Of a stretch of 64,000 nucleotides of DNA, positions 35,919-45,033 are shown piece by piece (position 1 is the first letter of the stretch; every line of letters begins with the position of its first letter). The stretch is from NCBI GenBank assembly GCA_048884965.1, contig JBHLQH010000006.1:32001-96000 (forward strand), given 5' to 3'. The stretch is from Candidatus Thorarchaeota archaeon. GTDB lineage: Archaea; Asgardarchaeota; Thorarchaeia; Thorarchaeales; Thorarchaeaceae. The notes beneath the pieces were generated by a model that was given only the letters and a program-made list of their open reading frames with translations, was not told where the DNA came from and did not search any database. Position numbers and translations under genes: made by a program.

Positions 35919-37510
35919 AGAGTTCCTGAGGAGTAGACAACCTCTCCTCCCATCATGGTCATCTCGATTTCTATCTCGTTTATTCTCTGTGGAGGGGTAG
36001 ACAGAATATCGCTGGAAAGTACGACAAAATCCGCTCGATTACCAACTTTGAGACTGCCAACAGTATTCTCTAAGAACGAAGCGTACGCACTCTCAGTAGT
36101 ATAACACCTCAGGGCTTCTTCGACAGTTATTCGAACATTTGGATTTGGATGTGTCGTAGCCGCATATATCCCGTATAGTGGGCCAAGAGGCATTCCATCT
36201 GATCCAAAGCACATCCTTGCACCATTATCTAGAGCAATTCGAAACATATTCATACTCTCGACTCTTTCAGCATCAAATCTTTGATCATAGAGTCCTCCTT
36301 CCATTTGCCAGTTGGCAACGAAATTTGGTTGCATGGAGAGAATGATGCCAAGGGAAGCAGCTCTTCGTATCTGATCTTCTGATATCATTTCAGCATGCTC
36401 GATCCGATGTCTCTGTGTTTTTACAAGTTCCTTTTCTGTTGGAGGCAGATCCTCGAAGGCGGTAAGGATCATCTCTATCGCTCTATCGCCAATGGCATGT
36501 GTCACAGTCTGAAGTCTGCCATCTATTGCTTTCTTGAGGATTGACAACATCTTCTTCTTTGCTACAAGAAGCATTCCCAAGTTTTCCTTCTGACGATTAT
36601 ATGGCTTGGATACAGCTGCAGTCCCCGCACCGATTGAACCATCAGTGAATATCTTGACTCCCCCGATACGTGTTAGAGGCGTCCCCATTCCTGTTGTTAT
36701 CCCAAGCTTCAAGAGATGATTCATTTGCTCAAGTGGAATATTCACTACGATGCGAGAATAGAGTCTGTCATGATGCTCTACCTCACGAATCTCTCGCAGG
36801 TACCCATCTGCAACATTATCTATTGCTGTCGTGATTCCGAAAGATGCTGCGATCTTTGTTCCCGCAATGACACCGTCCTGTATTTCTTTGGATGTGACAC
36901 GTAGATTATCGTACATACCATCCACGTCTTTCAGAACGCCTGTTGGAGTTCCTTTCTTATCACGCTCAACACCCTCGTGCTTCAAATCGACTCCGATTTT
37001 CTCCAGTCCAATTGTGTTCACTGAGATGAGATGCCCATCAATTCGAATAGCCGCTACGGGTTGCTCCTTGCGAACTTTATCAAGGTCCTTTGATGTTAGA
37101 TAACGTTTCGTTTCCCAGTTGCTCTCATCAAATCCCCAACCAATGACCCAACCCTCAGGGTTCTTATCGTCAGCAAATGACTTCAGCAGATTGACAGTAT
37201 CTTCTGGTGATGTCGCCGAAGTAAGGTCTGCCTGAATAGACCGAATACCTGTACTAGTGAGATGGGTGTGCGCATCTACAAAACCTGGTATGATAGTCTT
37301 TCCGCCTAGATCCATCACTCTCTTAGCTGTTGGTAGGAGGTCCATCACATCATCATTATCCCCAACAGCAATTAGCTTGAAGCTCTTCACAGCTAACGCA
37401 GATGCATTTGGCTTTTCAGGATCCATTGTATGAATGTTGGCATTGACAACAACTAGATCTGCCTCGACCTTCACCTCGATTCCTTCCCCGTTGTATCCTT
37501 CATTACTCAC
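35915..37510 (-). CDS. Amidohydrolase 3 family (YtcJ-like)
   Basis: PGFVDAHTH, KIFTDGS, HAIGDRA, HRIEHAE and FGSD motifs. Confidence 0.9.
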   Translation of the reverse strand: MSNEGYNGEGIEVKVEADLVVVNANIHTMDPEKPNASALAVKSFKLIAVGDNDDVMDLLPTAKRVMDLGGKTIIPGFVDAHTHLTSTGIRSIQADLTSATSPEDTVNLLKSFADDKNPEGWVIGWGFDESNWETKRYLTSKDLDKVRKEQPVAAIRIDGHLISVNTIGLEKIGVDLKHEGVERDKKGTPTGVLKDVDGMYDNLRVTSKEIQDGVIAGTKIAASFGITTAIDNVADGYLREIREVEHHDRLYSRIVVNIPLEQMNHLLKLGITTGMGTPLTRIGGVKIFTDGSIGAGTAAVSKPYNRQKENLGMLLVAKKKMLSILKKAIDGRLQTVTHAIGDRAIEMILTAFEDLPPTEKELVKTQRHRIEHAEMISEDQIRRAASLGIILSMQPNFVANWQMEGGLYDQRFDAERVESMNMFRIALDNGARMCFGSDGMPLGPLYGIYAATTHPNPNVRITVEEALRCYTTESAYASFLENTVGSLKVGNRADFVVLSSDILSTPPQRINEIEIEMTMMGGEVVYSSGTL

Positions 37511-37538
37511 ATATCATTCTTGCTGTAGAAATACCCGC

Positions 37539-38186
37539 CTATTTGCTCTTAACCTTCTCCCAATCCTTGAGGAACTTCTGGATTCCGATATCCGTCAGTG
37601 GATGGTTGACCATCTTGTCAAGGACTTCTGGAGGGATAGTAGCGATATCTGCACCAAGGAGCGCAGCCTCGTAGACATGGATAGGATGACGAATGCTTGC
37701 GACGATGATTTCCGTGGCGTATCCATAGTTTGTGTATATCTCTGCAGTATCCGCAATCAGTTGCATACCAGTCTGCCCAATGTCATCGAGCCTCCCGATG
37801 AAGGGGGACACAAAGGTAGCACCTGCCTTTGCAGCAAGCAATGCTTGGTTAGCGCTGAAGCATAAAGTGACGTTTGTCTTGATTCCCTCGTCTGCCAGCA
37901 CTTTCACTGCCTTCAAACCTTCCCAAGTCAATGGAATCTTGATTGCTGCATTGTCAATCCAGCCATTCAATTCACGTGCTTCTTTTAACATCCCTTCAGC
38001 ATCCTCGGAGATGACCTCTAGGCTGATTGGACCTCTAACGAAAGATGCGATTTCATTGATGACTTCTCTGAAATCACGTCCTTCCTTTGCTACGAGGGAG
38101 GGATTAGTTGTAACTCCATCCACCATTCCTCTCTCATGTGCTTTCCTGATTGCATCAACATTAGCTGTATCTATGAAGAATTTCAT
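37539..38186 (-). CDS. tal: Transaldolase / fructose-6-phosphate aldolase family
   Basis: [34 protein letters not shown] and ASIR motifs. Confidence 0.93.
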   Translation of the reverse strand: MKFFIDTANVDAIRKAHERGMVDGVTTNPSLVAKEGRDFREVINEIASFVRGPISLEVISEDAEGMLKEARELNGWIDNAAIKIPLTWEGLKAVKVLADEGIKTNVTLCFSANQALLAAKAGATFVSPFIGRLDDIGQTGMQLIADTAEIYTNYGYATEIIVASIRHPIHVYEAALLGADIATIPPEVLDKMVNHPLTDIGIQKFLKDWEKVKSK

Positions 38187-38270
38187 ATTGATTTCCTCAG
38201 ACTGTGTTATGACTCTTGGTCAGATGCTGGGGAGTTATATATTACGTTGTCTATCTGGCTGATGCGGCAG

Positions 38271-38927
38271 TCATTTGCATGATTCTCGTAGGTCTCTTAT
38301 TGCTTGAGCAATATCAGTGGCTTTGAAGACCGCTGATCCTGCCACAAAGAAATTCGCTCCCTCTGACCAAAGTTTTCCTATGGTTGCTTTGTCAACACCA
38401 CCATCTACTGCGATATGTACACTAGGTTTGTATTCGTCAAGAATCTCTCTAAGTCGTCTTACCTTTCGTAATGATGACTTGATGAACTTCTGTCCTCCAA
38501 ATCCAGGACAGACACTCATTAGCATGACTGCATCGAGTTTGTCAAGTAGCGGGATTACCCAATCCACTGGTGTCCCGGGATTCAAAGTGATTCCTGCCTT
38601 AACTCCGAGATCAGTGATTAGTTGAAGACTACGATATACATCATATGGAGCTTCGATATGGGGATAGATAAGATCGACTCCTGCTTCAACGAATGCTGGG
38701 ATATATTTGTCAGGATTCGTGATCATGAGGTGGGCATCAAGAGGTACCTTTGTTATTTTCTTCATAACGGATGCGATCATAGGTCCGTATGAGATGTTTG
38801 GTACGAAATGTCCATCCATTATATCCAGATGGAAGTAGTCCGGCTCTCCTTTCTCTGCCTTTTTAATGTCCTCTTCAAGTCTAGCAAAATTCGCAGAAAG
38901 AATCGAAGGTGCGATTATCGGATCCAT
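38271..38927 (-). CDS. rpe: Ribulose-phosphate 3-epimerase
   Basis: APSILSA, HLDIMDGHFVPN, DAHLM, PGFGGQ and VDGG motifs. Start set to MDPII. Confidence 0.95.
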   Translation of the reverse strand: MDPIIAPSILSANFARLEEDIKKAEKGEPDYFHLDIMDGHFVPNISYGPMIASVMKKITKVPLDAHLMITNPDKYIPAFVEAGVDLIYPHIEAPYDVYRSLQLITDLGVKAGITLNPGTPVDWVIPLLDKLDAVMLMSVCPGFGGQKFIKSSLRKVRRLREILDEYKPSVHIAVDGGVDKATIGKLWSEGANFFVAGSAVFKATDIAQAIRDLRESCK

Positions 38928-39007
38928 GTATTGAACCTCTTGGTACACAATCATGTTCCACAGATATGATGTGTTATTTAAGGTTCTCTCAAAGATTGTC
39001 TGAATCC

Positions 39008-39042
39008 AAAAGAAAAGGAAAGGAGCCATTCAATAGGCTCCT
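39008..39042 (-). terminator. Intrinsic terminator after ABC permease
   Basis: AGGAGCC-loop-GGCTCCT followed on the minus strand by TTCCTTTTCTTTT. Confidence 0.7.
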
Positions 39043-39048
39043 ATCTGC

Positions 39049-40686
39049 TTAATCCTGTAGCAGCCTACCAACCGTCCTATAAGCAATCCCTACTAACCCA
39101 ATAGCCACTAGGAATTGAACTATTAGACATAGGACATGCCATCCTGTAAGGATCATCGTAAGTCCATATGCGATAAGAGGAACGATACCCACAATTCCGG
39201 CTATTGCTCCAGACATCATAACCATTGCAGTATCCGAAGTCATGTTGATAGCAACCGCTCGTCCTCCACCCCGCTTCCAGTATGTAACTCCTCCAACAAA
39301 GAGACTGATTGCATACCCTGCTGGTATCTGAGCAAGTGGTATCAAGATTAGGAGAGGTGTGAAGAGAGGCTGAGCAGCAATTATGATAGCCATCATCACT
39401 AAGCTAAATATGTAGATAGGGAATGCAATAGCCGTCTTTGCTGTCAAAGTCTTCTTTGTACTCTGAGGGAGGCCTTCCTGTATGGATGCGCCTTGAGAAT
39501 CGAACATCAGGATTGAAACGACAGAGATTCCTGCAAATAGATTGGCGTATTCAGACGCTACTAGAGCAGTCATGCTTCGTACACCTCCACCCCACATCGC
39601 GATCATTGGGTACATCATAAATGCTAGGAAGAGCGGAATTATAAAGACGAATGCAGAACCAACATTTTTCGATGCAAGCTTCAGATCCTTTTTCACAAGT
39701 GCTTTAATTGGACTGCTGACCTCGAGCTTGACTGCACGAAGCAGTCCGACACGACCTTCTGTAGAACCACCGACACTGACTTCTCGGAGCACCGAGCCAG
39801 CACTACGAAATGACCTGATTGCGAGGAAAGTGTAGGCTCCTATAGCAATTGTGCCGATCACGAGAGTTTCTATTCCCAATAGATTTCCATAAGTGGTGAA
39901 TGATGATACGAATCCAAACGAGAAGGGATAGATTAGTGATAGTAACCAATATGCAGCTGGACCGATTGAGGTAGCTACTGAGATTATGATGGCCACAACT
40001 TCGATCATTATATTGCTAATCATATATACACTGAGAAATCCTAGGACCAGACCAAAGGTTGCTGCCAGTCTGATAAATGTCGATGAACGCGATTCATCTG
40101 CTGAATGAGTTTTTTTATGGAACCATTTTGCAAAGCCCAGCAGAGCTCCCATTGATATTCCTACGGTTGCTGTACATCCAATCAATGCAACGAGGGCAGT
40201 TACTGGTCCAAATAAAATCAATGCGAAAACTGGATACATCGTGATAAGCAATACTGCTGGTGCTACAAAAACGCGTGCGAATGAGAGGATCGATAGTTCC
40301 TCAAGTGCAGATTTAGATAGGGGCAAGTTGGCAGGTAAACGCATCGCTCCTGAAACAAAGAATCCTGTGGTCGTAGTTAGATTGAGAAAGAAGAGGATTA
40401 CAAAGCTCATTAAAAGGTAAATCCCATAACCTATAGCCATTCGCACTTCCGGATTCCCAACCTCAGTATCAAAACCAACGACTCCAATTGTGAGTGCCGT
40501 AAGAGTCACCACAAGAAATGCCGAGATTATGACATTGAATCTCGATGAAGATCTGATTTGCTTAGCAATCTTCTCAGGATTCTCTTTAATCCTAGCAAGA
40601 TTTGTTGGATTTGTTTCCAAGAATCCTTTGAACCTGACCTCAGTTGCGATGATACCTGCTAACCGCCATCGCTCTGAGAACTTCAA
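39049..40686 (-). CDS. ABC-2-type permease (archaeal large membrane protein)
   Basis: About 12-14 TMs, KKDLK motif, 4-nt overlap with ATPase gene. Confidence 0.75.
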   Translation of the reverse strand: MKFSERWRLAGIIATEVRFKGFLETNPTNLARIKENPEKIAKQIRSSSRFNVIISAFLVVTLTALTIGVVGFDTEVGNPEVRMAIGYGIYLLMSFVILFFLNLTTTTGFFVSGAMRLPANLPLSKSALEELSILSFARVFVAPAVLLITMYPVFALILFGPVTALVALIGCTATVGISMGALLGFAKWFHKKTHSADESRSSTFIRLAATFGLVLGFLSVYMISNIMIEVVAIIISVATSIGPAAYWLLSLIYPFSFGFVSSFTTYGNLLGIETLVIGTIAIGAYTFLAIRSFRSAGSVLREVSVGGSTEGRVGLLRAVKLEVSSPIKALVKKDLKLASKNVGSAFVFIIPLFLAFMMYPMIAMWGGGVRSMTALVASEYANLFAGISVVSILMFDSQGASIQEGLPQSTKKTLTAKTAIAFPIYIFSLVMMAIIIAAQPLFTPLLILIPLAQIPAGYAISLFVGGVTYWKRGGGRAVAINMTSDTAMVMMSGAIAGIVGIVPLIAYGLTMILTGWHVLCLIVQFLVAIGLVGIAYRTVGRLLQD

Positions 40687-41462
40687 TCTGATAACGCCCT
40701 CCTGAGGGTATCAACACCGATTGTTACATCCTGCTCCTCATCTGTGAGTCGTAGGAAGATATTCTCAAGAGTTTCACTCTCATCCTGTGATTGTGACCGT
40801 AGTTCTGCTAGTGTACCCATTCCAACAAGGATGCCATCATCAATGATAGCTACTCTATCAACTAATCCCTCCGCCACCTCCATGATATGTGTAGAGAGCA
40901 GAACCGCTCCACTATTCTCTACATGGATCTTAATGACATCTTTCATGATCTTAGTTGTGCGAACATCGAGACCTGAGAAAGGCTCATCGAGAATCAGAAG
41001 CTTTGGCGCATGCATCATCGCTGCAATCAACATTGTCTTCTGCTTGTTCCCTTGACTCAGTGTAGCTATCAGGGTATCATAGTATTTCTCAAAATCAAGA
41101 GCTCTGACCATCTCAGATATTCGCTTTGACATCCTTTCATCATCCAGCTCACGAATGCTGGCAATGAAATTGAACAACTCACGCGGAGTGAGCGAATCAT
41201 AGAGCTGTACATCTTCAGGCACATAGCCAACAACTCTCTTTACGCCAATTGGATCTTCCTTCGATGAGATCGAGAACACTTCAGCGCTTCCGCTATCTGC
41301 ATCGAGCAAACCCATTATGACCTTGATTGTTGTAGATTTCCCAGCACCATTGGGCCCTAAGAGAGCGAAAATCTCGCCTTCTCTAACCTCGAAGGATACA
41401 TCGTTTACTGCGACCAGATCGCCATATGACTTGGTCAGATTCTTTACATCAACAGCAGTCAA
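40683..41462 (-). CDS. ABC transporter ATP-binding protein
   Basis: GPNGAGKST, LSQG, ILDEP and STH motifs. Confidence 0.95.
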   Translation of the reverse strand: MTAVDVKNLTKSYGDLVAVNDVSFEVREGEIFALLGPNGAGKSTTIKVIMGLLDADSGSAEVFSISSKEDPIGVKRVVGYVPEDVQLYDSLTPRELFNFIASIRELDDERMSKRISEMVRALDFEKYYDTLIATLSQGNKQKTMLIAAMMHAPKLLILDEPFSGLDVRTTKIMKDVIKIHVENSGAVLLSTHIMEVAEGLVDRVAIIDDGILVGMGTLAELRSQSQDESETLENIFLRLTDEEQDVTIGVDTLRRALSD

Positions 41463-41610
41463 CTTTCTTAAACCTCATATTTCTGTATCTAATCATGTTA
41501 CTCTGTGTTGCAAAGTGCTTTGCAATCATATAAACCTTGTAACCAGCGCAACATTAAGACATACCCTACTAGGGGCCAAACCGATATTATTCCTTCAACC
41601 TTGACCAAGC

Positions 41611-41628
41611 TGTCAATGATTGTTGACA
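41611..41628. promoter_or_regulatory. Palindromic operator candidate TGTCAA-N6-TTGACA
   Basis: Perfect inverted repeat in a divergent intergenic region. Extra TTGAC half-sites nearby. Confidence 0.4.
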
Positions 41629-41715
41629 TGATTATTTCATCTGATTGACACAAATGTTATCTTAGTTCGAAAGGATTCTAATCTTGGTTATGATGGGTAG
41701 CGGAGATGTATTTCC

Positions 41716-42345
41716 TTGAATGACGATGAGCGATACGCAATATATTACGGACTTCTCCTGCAAGGAGGTATATCTTCGATTTTCGGATTCATCGGATTCC
41801 TTCAAGGACAACCCTACGTTTCGGATGAATTGGCTCAGTTGTATTTCACCGTTCCTCTCGCAATTGGATTGACTTCTTTCATACTGGGGATACTCCTTTT
41901 CATCCTCGTGAGGATTAGAGAGGAACCCTTGATTCCTAGATTTCCTAGAGATATCGGAGAGTATCTTCTTGTCTGTGGAATTGGAGGAGAGCTGTATCTA
42001 TCCCTAGCACAGATGACTCCTGAATGGTTCTCATTAGTCCTATATGTTCCAATAGTGGCAGTGTTTCTTTCAAGTTTGATACTCCTACTAAGGGCTGACG
42101 TTTTTCGAATTGTTTCTGGATCTACGGATTATACAAAACTACTTTTCAACATGGGATTAGTCATAATTGTATGTTCTATACTCCTGGATATAGGCTCCAT
42201 TGGAGGATTCATTCTGGGCTTACCCAATCAGACCACCATGACCTTTGCATATCTAAATGGTATTCTATTCCTGACTCTGGGATTTCTTACAAGAATCCAC
42301 AGAGACAGGTATTCCAAGGAGCAGGCTAAGTTACAGCTAGACTAA
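41716..42345 (+). CDS. Hypothetical 6-TM membrane protein
   Basis: Six hydrophobic segments. Confidence 0.65.
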   Translation: MNDDERYAIYYGLLLQGGISSIFGFIGFLQGQPYVSDELAQLYFTVPLAIGLTSFILGILLFILVRIREEPLIPRFPRDIGEYLLVCGIGGELYLSLAQMTPEWFSLVLYVPIVAVFLSSLILLLRADVFRIVSGSTDYTKLLFNMGLVIIVCSILLDIGSIGGFILGLPNQTTMTFAYLNGILFLTLGFLTRIHRDRYSKEQAKLQLD

Positions 42346-42361
42346 CACCTGCATAAGTGAA

Positions 42362-43948
42362 TCAGACTGGAAACCACGTAGACTCAATGAATACCTTTTC
42401 GAATTCCCTTCTATCAACCAGTTCGACATGCGTTATTCCCTTGACTACCTTCTCAGATAGATGACGCATCTCTGACGATAGTAACATCATCTTCGCTCCT
42501 AGGCCTGCTGTATTGCCAACTTGAAATACTGCTTCAATCGGTACCTCTGGAATTAGTCCAATTCGCAGAGCTGCTAGTGGATTGATGTAATTACCAAATG
42601 CTCCAGCAAGTAAAACTCGATCAATTTCATCAATTCTTATTCCATTCATATCTAGAAGGATCTTGACACCACTAAGAATTGCGGCTTTGGCAGTCTGCAC
42701 CTGTCGGATGTCTCTTTGTGAGAAGATAATTTTTCCATATTTCGAACTATCTACAACAATATATGATAATCCTGAAACTGAATCTTGTGTTGTTCTGCTT
42801 GACTCAGATAGTCTGCCATTTCGTGATATTATACCTACCTTCAAGAGCTCTGCAACTAGATCAACTATTCCTGAACCACACAGTCCTCTTGGTATTTCTG
42901 AACCAATAACTGAGATTACTGGTTGATCCTCACGACTAGCAATCGAAACATGCTCGATAGCTCCAAGTTGACCTCTCATCCCATGAGTGATTACCGCTCC
43001 TTCGAATGCTGAGCCAGCTGCTGTTGAACATACAAAGAGATCACCTCTATTTGATAGAACAACCTCACCATTCGTTCCGATGTCAATCGCTATTACAATA
43101 TCTTTGGCGGCATGCAATCTCTCAGCAAGAATTAGGGCAGTGATATCGCTTCCAACATAACCTCCAATGAGTGGGCCAAAGTACATTTTCGAGCGAATCT
43201 TTCTGAATCCAATTCTAGATGAAACCACATTTTGCTTTTCAAGCGATTCAGGTGCATAGGGTGCCACTCCTAATCTAGAAATATCGAGACCTAGAAGGAG
43301 ATGATGCATAACTGTGTTTCCAACAACTGAGATATCTTTTATATCCGGCATCCGAATTCCTTGGTCAATGCACAGTTCCCCCACCATCTTCTCTATGCAT
43401 TCTATTACGACCTTCTGTAGTCTATATCGATTATCTTCCTTAGTTGATGCAAACGCTAATCGCGTGATGATATCCTCGCCATAGAGTACCTGCGGATTCA
43501 ATTCAGAGATTTGATGCATCTGAAGTCCTGTAAATAGGTCCATCAGGTACGTGACTATTGTTGTCGTTCCCAAGTCAATGGCTATTCCATATTTCCCTTC
43601 TCTAGTTTGATCGGAAATCAGATACTCCTCAGCTGATCGACTTTCAGAGAGGATCTTTGGATCAGACCCTACTCCTAGTACCACAATTCGTGTATCCCGC
43701 TCGGCCAAATGTCTGCACGCAAGTCGGATGCCTTGGTCTTTCTCATCAAGTGGCAGAATTCTTTCCTCTTCTTGAGTGATTCGTGGTACAGGTTCGATGT
43801 GAACTCTACATTTTCCACATGTTCCTTTTCCGCCACATTCTGAAGAAATATAGAGTCCCGATTTCCGTATCGCATCAAGATAGGTTGTGTCTGCAATCGC
43901 AAGTACCCTCTGACCTGATGGTTCGATAATGATACGAAACCTATCCAT
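42362..43948 (-). CDS. RACo-type reductive activator of corrinoid proteins (2Fe-2S + ASKHA)
   Basis: CGGKGTCGKC...RLAC ferredoxin. DLGTTT, GNTVMHH, DIGTNGE, AFEG and GLCGSG motifs. Confidence 0.92.
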   Translation of the reverse strand: MDRFRIIIEPSGQRVLAIADTTYLDAIRKSGLYISSECGGKGTCGKCRVHIEPVPRITQEEERILPLDEKDQGIRLACRHLAERDTRIVVLGVGSDPKILSESRSAEEYLISDQTREGKYGIAIDLGTTTIVTYLMDLFTGLQMHQISELNPQVLYGEDIITRLAFASTKEDNRYRLQKVVIECIEKMVGELCIDQGIRMPDIKDISVVGNTVMHHLLLGLDISRLGVAPYAPESLEKQNVVSSRIGFRKIRSKMYFGPLIGGYVGSDITALILAERLHAAKDIVIAIDIGTNGEVVLSNRGDLFVCSTAAGSAFEGAVITHGMRGQLGAIEHVSIASREDQPVISVIGSEIPRGLCGSGIVDLVAELLKVGIISRNGRLSESSRTTQDSVSGLSYIVVDSSKYGKIIFSQRDIRQVQTAKAAILSGVKILLDMNGIRIDEIDRVLLAGAFGNYINPLAALRIGLIPEVPIEAVFQVGNTAGLGAKMMLLSSEMRHLSEKVVKGITHVELVDRREFEKVFIESTWFPV

Positions 43949-43959
43949 TAGATTCTCAC

Positions 43960-44865
43960 CTAGCTAATCAGGAATCTTGGATGTGGTTTCTCAGGCTGAA
44001 TGCGCTTCTCCATGAGTACTCCTGATAGAGCAACATCGACCATGGCTATTGCTGGATAGATAATCGGTGCGTGCTTTGCTGGTCCAATCAGGATGAAGTC
44101 CGCTCCTAGTGAAGCTGAGAGGACATTAGCTCCGACTAGAGCTGGAGGCTTGGCATCCTTACCGAATTTTGGCACCAGACCATTCCATGTGCTAATTGCA
44201 TTGTGAGCACCATTCCCAACAGGATATCCATACTTGTCCTTCAGGAGCTGCTGTGTCTTGCAGGCAATTCCTAATGTTGGTATGTCAAGTACACCAGTAT
44301 CAATCATGATGTTATCTATTCCCACACTCAGAGACTTCTCAATCAATGAATCCGCAAGTTCAACGCGCCTTGAACAGGAAATCATTGCTTTCGTATTGAA
44401 GGTAAGATGCAATCCATTTTTCAAATTAGCATCCGCAATCACCGTGTATAGATCTTCTTCAGTTGTTGGTGTCAAGGAATTGATGATGACTCTGTCCAAG
44501 AATCCTGCTTCCTTTGCTGTCATTATTCCAGTTGCGTTCACCTCTGCTGAGTCTGAGCCATCAATTAGGAGTGGAAATGCAGTCGAGTCTGCGAGATATC
44601 TGAGATATTCGTCAATCGCAATACAGCTAGTCGCAACAACATCCAGCATTGTTGGGAGGCCAGTTTTGTCTGTCAATTCCGAAAGCATATTGAGTGTCGC
44701 TTCTGTTTGACTCTTGTCAAACTCACCTTTTTCTGAGTTTGTCACAAGCTTGTCTTTTGTATAGAATATCGATGGAATAAGTACAGTGGGATTCAGTCCA
44801 GGGATTCCTCCAATCTTCACGCCACCGATCTCTAGGTTTTTTTGCTTGGTCGAGTAATCAAACAT
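43960..44865 (-). CDS. MtrH/MtgA-like methylcorrinoid:tetrahydropterin methyltransferase
   Basis: IGGVKIGG.PG.NPTVL..SIFY, INSL, GYPVGNGAHN and GADFIL.GP motifs. Confidence 0.88.
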   Translation of the reverse strand: MFDYSTKQKNLEIGGVKIGGIPGLNPTVLIPSIFYTKDKLVTNSEKGEFDKSQTEATLNMLSELTDKTGLPTMLDVVATSCIAIDEYLRYLADSTAFPLLIDGSDSAEVNATGIMTAKEAGFLDRVIINSLTPTTEEDLYTVIADANLKNGLHLTFNTKAMISCSRRVELADSLIEKSLSVGIDNIMIDTGVLDIPTLGIACKTQQLLKDKYGYPVGNGAHNAISTWNGLVPKFGKDAKPPALVGANVLSASLGADFILIGPAKHAPIIYPAIAMVDVALSGVLMEKRIQPEKPHPRFLIS

Positions 44866-45033
44866 GAAAGACCTCTCCGAGCCTACATCATTATTGGAGT
44901 TCCTCATAAGAGTAGTTGTTCATTGATATGCTTCAGCGGGAACCCTTTTTTATCATTGAGAGTCCTAGTTTCATTTGAAATGATTAGCGAGGAATAAATA
45001 AAATCAGCGAAACAATAGTAATTCAGTGATTTA

